IMG/VR virus record: IMGVR_UViG_3300045988_036168 | Direction: 5' to 3' (one strand) | Source: a virus | DNA length: 64,000 nt | In this document: one piece after another, positions 7,826 through 17,001 of the stretch | Layout of the letters: each line of letters opens with the position of its first letter | Numbering within the stretch: the first letter of the stretch is position 1 | Position numbers and translations under genes: made by a program | Notes under the pieces: model-generated | Told to the model about the DNA's origin: nothing | What the model saw: only the letters and a program-made list of their open reading frames with translations | The model's database searches: none

Positions 7826-8823
7826 TTCTGTGTTCCTCCTTCAATCGTTTTGTTGGACTCTGCTTTCGGGGCGCTCCTGCCCTCTGCCGTACTTTCTCGC
7901 TTCAAGCGATCCGCGACGGCTCGGAGGTTTTGGAGTTTCGTGCGCTTCGCAGCAGACCGTTGCGGTGAGGCCATCTTCCCCGACTTCATCACCATGTCGG
8001 TGATTCTCGTTTCCATGACGCTCTGAACCGCGCTTCCAGCGCAAACAGAGGTGTCATAGGACACTTCGCGCTCCTGATTGGGCAGCGTACTCTCCAAGAC
8101 CGCCTGCAGACCGGCGCCCAGATGGAGTTTGAAGCCAAACTTATAGTCTCGCTCGACGCCGGGGAGCGTGTCCTCGGCGATGGTCGAATACCCGCCCCTG
8201 ACGTACACATGGGCACGGTAATCAATATCGCGTTCGAGGATGGGCAGCAGCGTTTCCGTGACGGCAAAGCCGAGGCCGCTCAGAATGTAGAGCTTTGCCG
8301 TCTCCATCTCGGTCTTCGTCCGAGCGTAGAGCTTCAAGGTAACGCCAGCGGCGCGGAGCAGCGGCGTGGTGAACAGCGGCGTCGTATCGACGGTGCCATC
8401 CATTTCGCCGGTATCAAAAATCATCGTCGCGGGTTCTGCAGGATCTTCCTTGTAGTACAGAGGCCGATCCCAGAACATCCGAAACGCCTTGATGATGTCC
8501 GGGTAGGTGCAATCGCAGGTGTTTTTCAGGATTTTGTAAATCAGATACCGACGGTAGGTTTCGTCGTCGATGACCTCGAACGGGATCGGGTCGCCAGCGA
8601 GCTTGCCGGCCTCCATTCTGGTCATCACGACGATGTCGCCGACACCGTCCAGTTGCTTGCCAACGGCTGTATGTACTCCCCTGTCCTGCCGAAGCTGGTC
8701 GTAGAAGTCATACACCTGCTGAAGCTCGGCGCCTATGACTTCCATGAGCGCCTCGATATTGGCCTTGCCTCGGAACTGCTCGACAAGGTCGTTTTTCAGG
8801 GTCGCTACATAATCAGCCATCAA
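7822..8823 (-). CDS. baseplate / fibre-hinge protein (DUF2612-like)
   Basis: AVGKQLDGVGDIVVMTR pattern and position right after baseplate J. Confidence 0.55.
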   Translation of the reverse strand: MMADYVATLKNDLVEQFRGKANIEALMEVIGAELQQVYDFYDQLRQDRGVHTAVGKQLDGVGDIVVMTRMEAGKLAGDPIPFEVIDDETYRRYLIYKILKNTCDCTYPDIIKAFRMFWDRPLYYKEDPAEPATMIFDTGEMDGTVDTTPLFTTPLLRAAGVTLKLYARTKTEMETAKLYILSGLGFAVTETLLPILERDIDYRAHVYVRGGYSTIAEDTLPGVERDYKFGFKLHLGAGLQAVLESTLPNQEREVSYDTSVCAGSAVQSVMETRITDMVMKSGKMASPQRSAAKRTKLQNLRAVADRLKRESTAEGRSAPKAESNKTIEGGTQK

Positions 8824-10318
8824 TCTCCACCTCGATCATCTCCTCCTTGGTGTAGGCCCGCTGACGCGCCGTAATGTTCTTACTGCGGTCGGGGTACTGG
8901 GAGGGTTTTTCATCGGAGGCGTCCGCCGAAGCGTAAAGCTGAATGTCGATATAGCTGATGCCAGAGCAGGCTTTGTAAAGCTGGCTCATGAACTGCTGCG
9001 GAACGACATCCTTGCCAGCATCCAGAGCGTCCATGTTCTCCAGGACGACCTCTCTCAGCAGGTCAACGTAGTTCGGCGGCAAAGCCTCGGAGCGGTTGAG
9101 CGTGATGCCCAGGCGGAACCATGTGTAAATCGTCGTAGGCCGGTTAAAACGAATCGTGATTTCTTCGTCGTACTCACCGGGCAGGACAACCACAGTTTCG
9201 CCAACGGTGTTGATGCCGCCCGCTTTGTTGGCGAGGATCTGCTGCGCAATCTCCTTCGAGTCACCACCGTCCACCACGATCTCGACGCTGTGAGGCGGGC
9301 GGACGATGTCGCCTTCGGGCGTTCCGGTCACGTCCTTCGCGTCCAGATAGGTTCCGTCCACATACCATTGGTGCGTGGCATTCTCATACGGAGCGACGCT
9401 GCGGACGCCCTGCACGTTCAGCAGGATCGCGGAGCGGATGCTCTCAAGCATATTGCTCGAACGGTTGAAGATTTTGTCCGCGTAGGACTGGCGGAACTCA
9501 ACGTCCGTCTCTTCGTCACGGCCCGCGATGTAGCCGCAGAGGTTCTCGACGGCCAGCAGGCCAGCGTCGGCGTTGACGATGTTCGTAATGACCCCGCCAG
9601 GAATCAGGATGTCGCCGTTCTCTTCGGTGCCGAAGGTGATGATCGACGTCACCGTCTCCGTGGTCAGGTTCTCGGAGAGAATCAGCACATTGTTCGAGGC
9701 GATGTCTGCCGCCTCGATGTTCAGGAACTCATTCGTCTCGTCCACGGAGGCCGTGAACTTCTCGTCGGTGATGGCCGCCGCGATGCCTTTCAGCACCGTG
9801 AGCGTGTCCACCGCCGTCGGACTATAAGAAAACACCGCGCCATTGATGGCTACGGTGTAGACGCTCTCTGTTCCGAGGGACGCGATTTTGATGCAGGCAC
9901 GATTGAACGACGTACGGCTGATTTCTCTCGTGTCCGTGATACTCAGATAGGTTGTCGGGTTCGTCGCGGAGGAAATCCGCGTACCGGCGGCCAGCTTCGT
10001 TCCGTCCTTGCCGGTGCAATGAATCGGGTAGTACGACTTCGCGGCCGCCTCACGGGTGGAGCCGCCATACTGGGCGGCATTGTCGAGGCTCCGACCCTCT
10101 GCAGTGGCCGGGTACTGCGAGAAGTACACCGCTTCGCCGAACTCCCAAAGGTCGGCGATGGCGTCAGCCACGTTCGTCAGCAGGTGGTTCAGCAGGGACT
10201 CGGGGTTCTGGCGCGTATTCACGCCCCATTTCTCAGACAGGCCCGAGTGCATTTCTTCCAGAATGACATCCAGCCGCTTGATATTCGGCCCCTGTGGGGT
10301 CAGGCCATAATCAGCCAT
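8813..10318 (-). CDS. baseplate J-like protein (XkdT/gp47 type)
   Basis: 501 aa, pattern and position of the Baseplate_J family. Confidence 0.75.
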   Translation of the reverse strand: MADYGLTPQGPNIKRLDVILEEMHSGLSEKWGVNTRQNPESLLNHLLTNVADAIADLWEFGEAVYFSQYPATAEGRSLDNAAQYGGSTREAAAKSYYPIHCTGKDGTKLAAGTRISSATNPTTYLSITDTREISRTSFNRACIKIASLGTESVYTVAINGAVFSYSPTAVDTLTVLKGIAAAITDEKFTASVDETNEFLNIEAADIASNNVLILSENLTTETVTSIITFGTEENGDILIPGGVITNIVNADAGLLAVENLCGYIAGRDEETDVEFRQSYADKIFNRSSNMLESIRSAILLNVQGVRSVAPYENATHQWYVDGTYLDAKDVTGTPEGDIVRPPHSVEIVVDGGDSKEIAQQILANKAGGINTVGETVVVLPGEYDEEITIRFNRPTTIYTWFRLGITLNRSEALPPNYVDLLREVVLENMDALDAGKDVVPQQFMSQLYKACSGISYIDIQLYASADASDEKPSQYPDRSKNITARQRAYTKEEMIEVEIDG

Positions 10319-10664
10319 ACAGCGTTACCTCCTCTCTAAACGTGTCCTCTCCTACGGTGACGGTGTAGCGGAACGTCGCCGTTCGCTTTGCCGGGTTGTA
10401 ATCGACCGATGTGACCGTCGCCGCTTTGACCTCCTTCACTTTCAGGATCTCGTCTCTCACGAGCGTTTTAATCTTGATGGTGTTCGGGTTCTTGATGAAC
10501 ACTTCCTCGAACCATGGGAAGCCCAGCTCAGGGCCGAGCCGCCACTCGTCATAAATCCAGCGCAGCCGAATCATTACGGCCTGTCTGACGCTCTCCGTCG
10601 TGGAGATGTCGCCATTCTTGGAGATGGCAATATCGCCGTCCTCATTCAGTCTGATGTCTAACAC
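10311..10664 (-). CDS. baseplate protein (XkdS/DUF2634-like)
   Basis: GTG start with GGGAGGGGG RBS; 117 aa; overlaps baseplate J start. Confidence 0.6.
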   Translation of the reverse strand: MLDIRLNEDGDIAISKNGDISTTESVRQAVMIRLRWIYDEWRLGPELGFPWFEEVFIKNPNTIKIKTLVRDEILKVKEVKAATVTSVDYNPAKRTATFRYTVTVGEDTFREEVTLYG

Positions 10665-10785
10665 GGTGAATACCCCCTCCCAGAAGTAGTCTGGAATCGC
10701 CAGAAATCACCCAGACGGTGTCGTAGCGCCTCATGGGTGTAGATTGTTGCTTTCGCCTGAAAACTCGTAGCGGACTTCTACGGGC

Positions 10786-11313
10786 CTAATACGACAGGCT
10801 GCCGGTCACAGTCAGGTTGCCCTCGACGGTGACTTCGGGCGCAGAAATCGTCACGGAGCCTCCCTTGACGGTCAGGCGGGTTCCCTTCACATCGACGATG
10901 ACCGCATTTTGGGCGCAGGCATCCGCGACCACGGAGTTCCCTTGGGCGAACAGGCCGGGAATACAAATCGCGTTCGTCATGTCGAAGGCCAGATCCGTGC
11001 TGGTTTCCTGCCCGTACTGCCAGTAGTCGAGGCTCTGCTCGGCCACCACCAGAAGGCAGCTATCTCCGGGCTTGACCGGAAAAGCGACTGTTGCGCCCTG
11101 TGCGTTCCCCTGTGGGAATACGACCGGAACGCCGGTGACTTGCGGGAAATCCATCGTCTTCCCGTCCGGTTTCTTGAACTTCATCGCGGGCTTGACCGTT
11201 GCGATGCCCTTTGCGGCGTCAAAGCTGACGATCTGACCCGGCATGGCCGTATGGATGCCGCGAAGCCCACGCTGGACGGTGTTTTGGATCTCCTGCACAA
11301 ACTCCTGCATCAT
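10786..11313 (-). CDS. baseplate spike / assembly protein V-like (Gp138-N type)
   Basis: Start MMQEF (RBS GGAGGTG); PGQIVSFD...ATVKP...VPVVFP pattern; C-terminal VTISAPEVTVEGNLTVTG. Confidence 0.6.
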   Translation of the reverse strand: MMQEFVQEIQNTVQRGLRGIHTAMPGQIVSFDAAKGIATVKPAMKFKKPDGKTMDFPQVTGVPVVFPQGNAQGATVAFPVKPGDSCLLVVAEQSLDYWQYGQETSTDLAFDMTNAICIPGLFAQGNSVVADACAQNAVIVDVKGTRLTVKGGSVTISAPEVTVEGNLTVTGSLSY

Positions 11314-12176
11314 TACCCCTGCACCTCCATAAGTCGCGCCGTGCACGTCCAGTCACCGGAGATGTTATCCCCGGCCTGCGTCAGCTTGGCGACGCGGAAA
11401 TAACCCGTGACGGTCTTGCTCTCCAGCTTCACATAGTCGTCAATGTGGATGGCCCCGTTCAGGAAGAACTCGACCTCCCACCCGATGCTGGTCTTATCGC
11501 TCGTTTCGGAGTTGGCCTCGGTGACGCGGGCAGGGATGCCCAGCAGCCCAGAGTCCTCAGAAAGAACGAAGACCTCACGGCTCATGACGTCCCCCGGCTT
11601 CTTGACCTGCATGACGCCGTTCTGCAGACTCCACACGAGGCCGCAGCAGGCGCAGCCCTTCGTCATGATGTCGCGGGCAAGGCCGACAAAGCTGAAGCCG
11701 TTGGCGATGTCGGCAAACTCAGCGTTGTACGAATACGTCACCGCCACACCCATCTGATTTGCCACATCGTCGAAGATGGTCTTCCAGTTCACCGTGCCAA
11801 CATACGAAATCGTGACGTAGGTATCGCGGATCTCGACGAGGTTGTCTACCACCTCGATTTCCGTCTTGCGGTCTGCGCCGTCGTGGGTCGTGACGCAGTT
11901 TGTGACGATGCCGGCGAAAATCAGCGGCATACGGCTTCCGTAGCCCGCCTTCAGGGACAGGACGCAGTCCTTTTCGTCCAGAGTGGCAAGGTGCTCCTTG
12001 TTCAAGTTCCAGACGGTCACGCGCCCCGTGTTCTGCGTTTCAAGGTCGGTGCGCTCAATGGAGAAATTGATGTGCAGCGGGACGGGCTGGCTCTTCGACT
12101 TCTCGCCGATCTCGAAGCCCATGCTGCCGGCTTTACCTGCAGCCAAGCGATACTCTCTGTCAAAGTTCGCAGACAT
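11313..12176 (-). CDS. baseplate hub (XkdQ / late-control-D-like)
   Basis: Start MSANFD at 12176 (RBS GAGGGGGG); size and position. Confidence 0.55.
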   Translation of the reverse strand: MSANFDREYRLAAGKAGSMGFEIGEKSKSQPVPLHINFSIERTDLETQNTGRVTVWNLNKEHLATLDEKDCVLSLKAGYGSRMPLIFAGIVTNCVTTHDGADRKTEIEVVDNLVEIRDTYVTISYVGTVNWKTIFDDVANQMGVAVTYSYNAEFADIANGFSFVGLARDIMTKGCACCGLVWSLQNGVMQVKKPGDVMSREVFVLSEDSGLLGIPARVTEANSETSDKTSIGWEVEFFLNGAIHIDDYVKLESKTVTGYFRVAKLTQAGDNISGDWTCTARLMEVQG

Positions 12177-12254
12177 CAAAATCCCCCCTCTCGTTTTACA
12201 AACGACTTTGCTCAAAAAGCAAAATCACGAAAAATAAGCAAAGAAAACACGCTC

Positions 12255-12273
12255 GTGCGTTTGCAAAACGCAC
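12255..12273 (-). terminator. hairpin, weak terminator candidate inside the tail operon
   Basis: GTGCGTTT-GCA-AAACGCAC 8-bp stem; on minus strand a T-rich run follows after 6 nt. Confidence 0.3.
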
Positions 12274-12289
12274 ACCAAATATATTTACT

Positions 12290-12341
12290 GGTTAGGTTAG
12301 ATTACGGTATAGGTTACGGTTACGGTTACGGTTACGGTTAT
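12290..12341. repeat. Hexanucleotide tandem array (GGTTAG/GGTTAC)n, copy A
   Basis: Four perfect GGTTAC units 12312-12335 plus degenerate units; 24 nt (12302-12325) identical to 57378-57401. Confidence 0.85.
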
Positions 12342-12344
12342 GCG

Positions 12345-12401
12345 CGGACTGTCCTCGGATTTCATGTGTGACCATCCCACGGAGCGTCCGCGGACAGTCC
12401 G
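12345..12401. repeat. Inverted repeat following hexamer array A
   Basis: CGGACTGTCC (12345-12354) / GGACAGTCCG (12392-12401), 37-nt spacer containing palindrome copy 12376-12393. Confidence 0.7.
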
Positions 12402-12422
12402 TAGGACGGATAGAAAAGTGGG

Positions 12423-12743
12423 TCAGTCGCTATCTTCCGCAGGGCAGAATACGAAACTGGCCTTCCCGTCGAGAAAATCATTCCTCCCGATGTGCTCCAG
12501 CTTGGTCATCACACCGAAAACACCGCTTGGCAACGCGGTCACGCCGTAGAACAGGTTCATAGGGAACCTCGGTACAATCTTGATGCCGATGACGATAGGC
12601 TGACTCTGCGTGTCATAGAGGCCGAACTTCCAGAAGCCGCCGCGGTCGTTCCATGTGAACCGAATCAAATACGCCTTGCCGTTCAGAACGACGCGGCTCA
12701 TGCTGTCATTGAGGTCTGGGACTTCGATGATCGTATATTCCAT
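12423..12743 (-). CDS. baseplate plug-like protein
   Basis: 106 aa; LIRFTWNDRGGFWKFGLYD pattern as in baseplate plug proteins (from memory); position. Confidence 0.45.
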   Translation of the reverse strand: MEYTIIEVPDLNDSMSRVVLNGKAYLIRFTWNDRGGFWKFGLYDTQSQPIVIGIKIVPRFPMNLFYGVTALPSGVFGVMTKLEHIGRNDFLDGKASFVFCPAEDSD

Positions 12744-12756
12744 CTCGTTTCCCTCC

Positions 12757-13356
12757 TCATGAAATCAGGCCGATTGACTTTGCGGCACCATAGAGGATGC
12801 TCGACTTGCTGTTGCCAGAGCTGCTACCAGAGCCAGAACCCGAACCGGAGCCACCGGAGCCTGAACGTCCGCTGCTCCCGCTGGACGTGTTGGCCGTGCC
12901 TGCAGAAGCGGCGGTCGCACCGCTCTTGCCGTAGCTGGCGGGGATGGTCGTCGTCCGTGCCGTCGTAATGCGAATCTTGCGGAACGAAATCGGGATCTCT
13001 CGGGCGTAGCCTACCTCGGCGCTCTTGCTGATGGTCAGGTTCTCAATCGCCATGCTGGTGTAGGTGGCGTCGCTGGTGACGATTGTGACCGGCTCGGCGG
13101 CGTAGTACAGCTCCTCCAGCCGCTTCGTGACCTGCTCAACACGGCCGCGCCCGCTGTGGCTTCTCCATGTGACCGGAGTATCGGTGACATAGAGAACCAT
13201 GTTCAGCGTTTCGGCGCCGTGGATGATCGCGTCGCTGACGGAAAAGCCGCTCTCAACGGCATACTCAGGAACGGTAGCTTCGTAGCCATGCTCCTCGCTG
13301 ATAAGCGCGTCGAACTCGATGCCTGCAATGGTGACAGGTCTTTTTGCTCTTGCCAT
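12757..13356 (-). CDS. tail/baseplate protein with Gly/Ser-rich C-terminus
   Basis: 199 aa directly after tape measure; GSGGSGSGSGSGSSSG low-complexity tail. Confidence 0.45.
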   Translation of the reverse strand: MARAKRPVTIAGIEFDALISEEHGYEATVPEYAVESGFSVSDAIIHGAETLNMVLYVTDTPVTWRSHSGRGRVEQVTKRLEELYYAAEPVTIVTSDATYTSMAIENLTISKSAEVGYAREIPISFRKIRITTARTTTIPASYGKSGATAASAGTANTSSGSSGRSGSGGSGSGSGSGSSSGNSKSSILYGAAKSIGLIS

Positions 13357-13365
13357 CTACGTCAC

Positions 13366-15708
13366 CTACCTTGCATACGCGAGGGCGCGGGCCATCTCGC
13401 CCGTAGAGTCGCCTGCGGCCTTATCCATCGCCGCTGCGGACTTCTGCTGGCCGGCACGGTCGCCCTCGAACTTGTTGTTGATGTTCACGTTCTGCACGAC
13501 GCTCTTGCTGACGCTGTTGCTGCCCATAGCCGTCCGCGCCGTGGTGGGGCTGGCTACGTTGGCCTGCGCCATGATGGACATATCGCCCGTCAGAGCGCCG
13601 AGCGCATCGCGTACCTTGGCCTTGCCCGCGCTGATGCCCTTGGTCATCAGGTCGATCATGTCGGGCATATAGGTGTGGAAGTCACTCAACGGGCCTTCAT
13701 CCGGTTCGGAGAAGCCGAGGAAGCCCTTGATCTTGCTGGCGACGCCGGAGACTGCCTCTCCGACCTTACCGACCGCGCCCTTGATGCCCTCGACAATGTT
13801 GTTGATGATGTCAGCACCCCACTGCAGGGCCTGAGCAGGCAGACTCTTGATCCAGTCGATAGCGGCGGTGAAGCCGGTCACGATGCTGTCCTTGATGTTT
13901 CCAATCGTGCCGGTGATGCCCGACAGGATATTCGTAAACGCCGTCGTGATGGCCGTCCAGATGTTGGTGGCGACACCGGAGATGAACTCCCAGATCGTCG
14001 AGAACACCGTGGAGATGGTCTCCCAGACGGCGGAAACCGCACCGGACACCGTCTCTTTGATGCTGTTCCACACGCTGGAGAAGAACGTGCTGATGCCTTC
14101 CCAGATGCTCGTGAAGAAGTTCCCAATCGACGTGAAGATGTTGACGAAGAAATCCTTGATGGCCGTCCAAATGCGAATGGCAAAGGCTTTGATTTTATCC
14201 CAGTTCTTGTAGAGCAGGATGCCTACGGCAATCAGGGCCATAATCGCCAGAATCACAAGGCCGACAGGGCTGGACACGAACGAGATCACCGCCGAGACGC
14301 CTTTCACGACCGAAGTGACCGTTCGCACTACGGCGATGACGGTCTTGACGGCAGCTACGACGCCTATGATGACGGCGATGATTTTTGCGATGGCCTCGCC
14401 GACCTTCACCCACTTATCTGTGTCGATGTTGCCGTTCGCAATCTGGTCGGCAAGGTTTGCGAACTGCGGGGCGATTTTATCTATAATCTTGCCGATGGCC
14501 TCGAACACCGTCTTGATGACGCTCCAGATGCCTTGAAAAATCGGGATCGCCACATTTTTGATGCCCTTCCATACGGCGGTCAGAATGGTCTTGATGTTCT
14601 CCCAAATCTTGATGATGTTGGCGCGGAACTTATCCACGTCAACACCCGCCCTTTCAAGCAGGCTTCCGAGTAGGGAGTTGTTGCCCTGCATGAAGTTGAT
14701 GAAATCCTCCACCAGCAGAGCAATAATAATGATTTTTGCCGCCATCAAAAGAGCTTCTTTGTTGACTCCCTTTAGCCCCTTGATGATGGCTGCCACGCCA
14801 CTTGTAATCTTGTCGAACTTGAACGCGAATAGTAGTGCGCCTGCCGCAATGGCCAGTAGTTTCAGCAGATTCCCAGATCCGCCGAGCTTGTCGTTGAGCC
14901 ATACGACGGCATTTCGGACGCGGTTCATGACGCGCATCGCCGTGTCGGAGAACTTCACCATCGCATTTGCGATAGTGTTCGTCACTCCGAGCGTACTGTC
15001 CATCTGCGTCAGCCAGAGTCCCCATTCGCTTCGGATGACAGTCAAGGCGTCTGTAATTCTGTATTGAACGCCCCCAAACTTTTGCTCAATGGTGTTGGCA
15101 TTGTCTACGAACGCAGCCTTCAGATCTGCGACCGTCATAGTTCTGGACGATGCCATCTCTTCCAGTTTATCGGAGGTCGTGCCGAGCTTCTTGTTGAGCA
15201 GTTCTACCGCTTCGGGTGAACGCTCCAAAAGCTGGCTGATTGTTTCGCTGTCAACATAGCCCTTGGCGAAGGACTTGTTAATTGCCTCCATAAGGCCGGC
15301 AATATCTTCATTCGTCTTACCGGCGGACTTAAACAGCATTGTTGCCGCATTATTGAACTTGACCGCTTCGTCGATGTTGCCAAACAGCTCCGGGCTTTCG
15401 TGCACGAGGTCGGAAATCACTCCTGCAGTTTCCGCATAGCTGCTTCGCGTTTGCCGAGCAGACTCCATGATTTTCTTCTGAATCTCAGCTTGGTCTCCGA
15501 GCGCGGCGGTTGAGTTCTTGACCTGTTCATTGACGCGCCCGAACTCTTCCACGAGGGCGTTGATCTTGGTCAGGCTGAACCCGATGCCGATTGCGCCGAG
15601 AAGTTTCGTCGCGGTGCTCTTGATGTCAGAGATTGTTCCGTTGACTTTTTTTACGTCGCCTTCGCGTACTTTGAAGCCAACCTCGTTGATAAACTTCACA
15701 ATCGTCAT
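13366..15708 (-). CDS. tail tape measure protein
   Basis: ~780-aa helical/hydrophobic-repeat protein downstream of chaperone pair; start 15708 preferred (AAGGAGGG RBS) over 15729. Confidence 0.85.
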   Translation of the reverse strand: MTIVKFINEVGFKVREGDVKKVNGTISDIKSTATKLLGAIGIGFSLTKINALVEEFGRVNEQVKNSTAALGDQAEIQKKIMESARQTRSSYAETAGVISDLVHESPELFGNIDEAVKFNNAATMLFKSAGKTNEDIAGLMEAINKSFAKGYVDSETISQLLERSPEAVELLNKKLGTTSDKLEEMASSRTMTVADLKAAFVDNANTIEQKFGGVQYRITDALTVIRSEWGLWLTQMDSTLGVTNTIANAMVKFSDTAMRVMNRVRNAVVWLNDKLGGSGNLLKLLAIAAGALLFAFKFDKITSGVAAIIKGLKGVNKEALLMAAKIIIIALLVEDFINFMQGNNSLLGSLLERAGVDVDKFRANIIKIWENIKTILTAVWKGIKNVAIPIFQGIWSVIKTVFEAIGKIIDKIAPQFANLADQIANGNIDTDKWVKVGEAIAKIIAVIIGVVAAVKTVIAVVRTVTSVVKGVSAVISFVSSPVGLVILAIMALIAVGILLYKNWDKIKAFAIRIWTAIKDFFVNIFTSIGNFFTSIWEGISTFFSSVWNSIKETVSGAVSAVWETISTVFSTIWEFISGVATNIWTAITTAFTNILSGITGTIGNIKDSIVTGFTAAIDWIKSLPAQALQWGADIINNIVEGIKGAVGKVGEAVSGVASKIKGFLGFSEPDEGPLSDFHTYMPDMIDLMTKGISAGKAKVRDALGALTGDMSIMAQANVASPTTARTAMGSNSVSKSVVQNVNINNKFEGDRAGQQKSAAAMDKAAGDSTGEMARALAYAR

Positions 15709-15750
15709 GAGCAATCGCCCTCCTTTCATGGCAGATTTTACCGCTCCGTG

Positions 15751-15779
15751 TTGACCGTACCGCTCAAAGCTGATAGAAT
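15751..15779 (+). promoter_or_regulatory. sigma-70-type promoter of the plus-strand moron
   Basis: TTGACC - 17 nt - TAGAAT, 47 nt upstream of ATG 15827. Confidence 0.55.
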
Positions 15780-15826
15780 ATCACTCATAAGCCGCAAGGC
15801 TATAATTCAGAGAGGAGCACACGATC

Positions 15827-16183
15827 ATGGCAAACACGGTTCTCGCCGGTGATTACAGCGGCCTGATTTCGTTCAAGGGCGACAAAAAAGGGCTTCTCAT
15901 TACCGAGAACAAATTCTTCGGTGCGAAGAAGACCTTCATCAACAAGACTACCGTAGACCACTACGAGCTGGTCATGCAGGAGGGCAATTCCAGCATGGGC
16001 AGCGGCGTGGCTCGCGGCGCTGTTGGCGCAGCACTCTTTGGCGGAATTGGCGCCATCGCTGGAGCTAACTCCGCCAAAAAGAACAGCGATTACACTGTCT
16101 CGATCATCTTCAAAGACGGGACTAAGGCTTTGTGTTCTCTTGACGCCGACAACTACAAAGCCCTCGTCCGCATCATGTACTGA
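15827..16183 (+). CDS. moron: small glycine-zipper membrane-type protein, opposite strand inside tail operon
   Basis: RBS AGAGGAG; GAVGAALFGGIGAIAGA glycine zipper; own promoter and terminator. Confidence 0.6.
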   Translation: MANTVLAGDYSGLISFKGDKKGLLITENKFFGAKKTFINKTTVDHYELVMQEGNSSMGSGVARGAVGAALFGGIGAIAGANSAKKNSDYTVSIIFKDGTKALCSLDADNYKALVRIMY

Positions 16184-16198
16184 GGTGCAAATGGAAAA

Positions 16199-16226
16199 GC
16201 TCGCTCCCACGCGGAGCGGGCTTTTT
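16199..16226. terminator. bidirectional rho-independent terminator
   Basis: 9-bp stem GCTCGCTCC/GGAGCGGGC followed by TTTTT (+); A-run on the other side gives U-tract for minus strand. Confidence 0.65.
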
Positions 16227-16500
16227 ATCTGCCCATTTCGGCCTGCATCTCCTCGGCTTGGAACCGCTCGATGTCCCTGTCCATGCTATACAGCGCATAC
16301 AGTTTCAGAGCTTCGTCGAGTGTGTAGGCTTCGTCCAACTCAGACTTCGTGGCGATACCCGCTTTGATAAGCGAGTACATTCTCAGCTCAAGCTCGCTGA
16401 AGCGTCCGAAGTCGAAGTCTCCCCATTTTCGGATGTCGGAGTCCCCTTCCGCAGCTTGTCGATAAGGCTGCCAGATTGGATTCCGACTCTCTTGAAAAAA
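16225..16500 (-). CDS. -1 frameshift extension of tail assembly chaperone (GT-like product)
   Basis: ORF 16225..16533 is in the -1 frame of 16383..16937 and overlaps it at the slippery run. Confidence 0.6.
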   Translation of the reverse strand, partial: FFQESRNPIWQPYRQAAEGDSDIRKWGDFDFGRFSELELRMYSLIKAGIATKSELDEAYTLDEALKLYALYSMDRDIERFQAEEMQAEMGR

Positions 16501-16937
16501 CCCTTGAAGTTCAGCTTGATAACTTCGTAGCACAGGATGAACATATCCTGCAGTTCGCCGCAGAACACCTCGTCGGCAAGGTCTTTATCCAGAATGACGG
16601 TGTTGCCGTCGGTGTCCTCGCCCTGAACGCTGATATTCTGCTGGTCGATCAGCAGGCGGCGCATCATGCGCTCGACCTTGTCACCGGAAATCGTAGAGAG
16701 TGCGCTGCTGATGGCAGGCATAGCCTCCTCAATGTCCATATCCAGCGGGTTCGCTTCGGTGCCAGAGTCGTTGTCTCCTGTGTCGAGGCCGCCAAACAGC
16801 GGGGCGATGCCCGCCAGAATCGGGGACAGCAAGGCGGCCAGTTCACCGCTGATGTTCGCCGCCGCAAAGGCGCCGAACGGGCGGATGTAGAACGTGTTCT
16901 CCCCGATGACCTTCTCAATCGTCTGCATTCTTCTCAT
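16383..16937 (-). CDS. tail assembly chaperone (G-like short product)
   Basis: 184 aa between tube and tape measure genes; overlapping -1 ORF. Confidence 0.65.
   Translation of the reverse strand: MRRMQTIEKVIGENTFYIRPFGAFAAANISGELAALLSPILAGIAPLFGGLDTGDNDSGTEANPLDMDIEEAMPAISSALSTISGDKVERMMRRLLIDQQNISVQGEDTDGNTVILDKDLADEVFCGELQDMFILCYEVIKLNFKGFFKRVGIQSGSLIDKLRKGTPTSENGETSTSDASASLS
16494..16503 (-). promoter_or_regulatory. programmed -1 ribosomal frameshift site G GGU UUU UUC
   Basis: 0-frame AAG GGT TTT TTC AAG; -1 frame GGG TTT TTT CAA continues as FFQESRNPIWQ... Confidence 0.6.
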
Positions 16938-17001
16938 ACTTCATAACCCCCTCGTTATGTACGGTAGAGGCCGCCCTTGACGGACGGCCTCTTTGCGTTG
17001 C

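Noticed and set aside
10665-10785. 30-codon ORF in the gap between baseplate genes
   Set aside because: There is no RBS, it is very short, and it overlaps the RBS of the next gene.
12290-12341. Hexamer repeats as a CRISPR array or coding Gly-Tyr repeat (ORF 11445..12371 reads GYGYGYGY)
   Set aside because: A 6-nt period without spacers is not CRISPR. The ORF is antisense to the hub gene and only runs through the repeat by chance.
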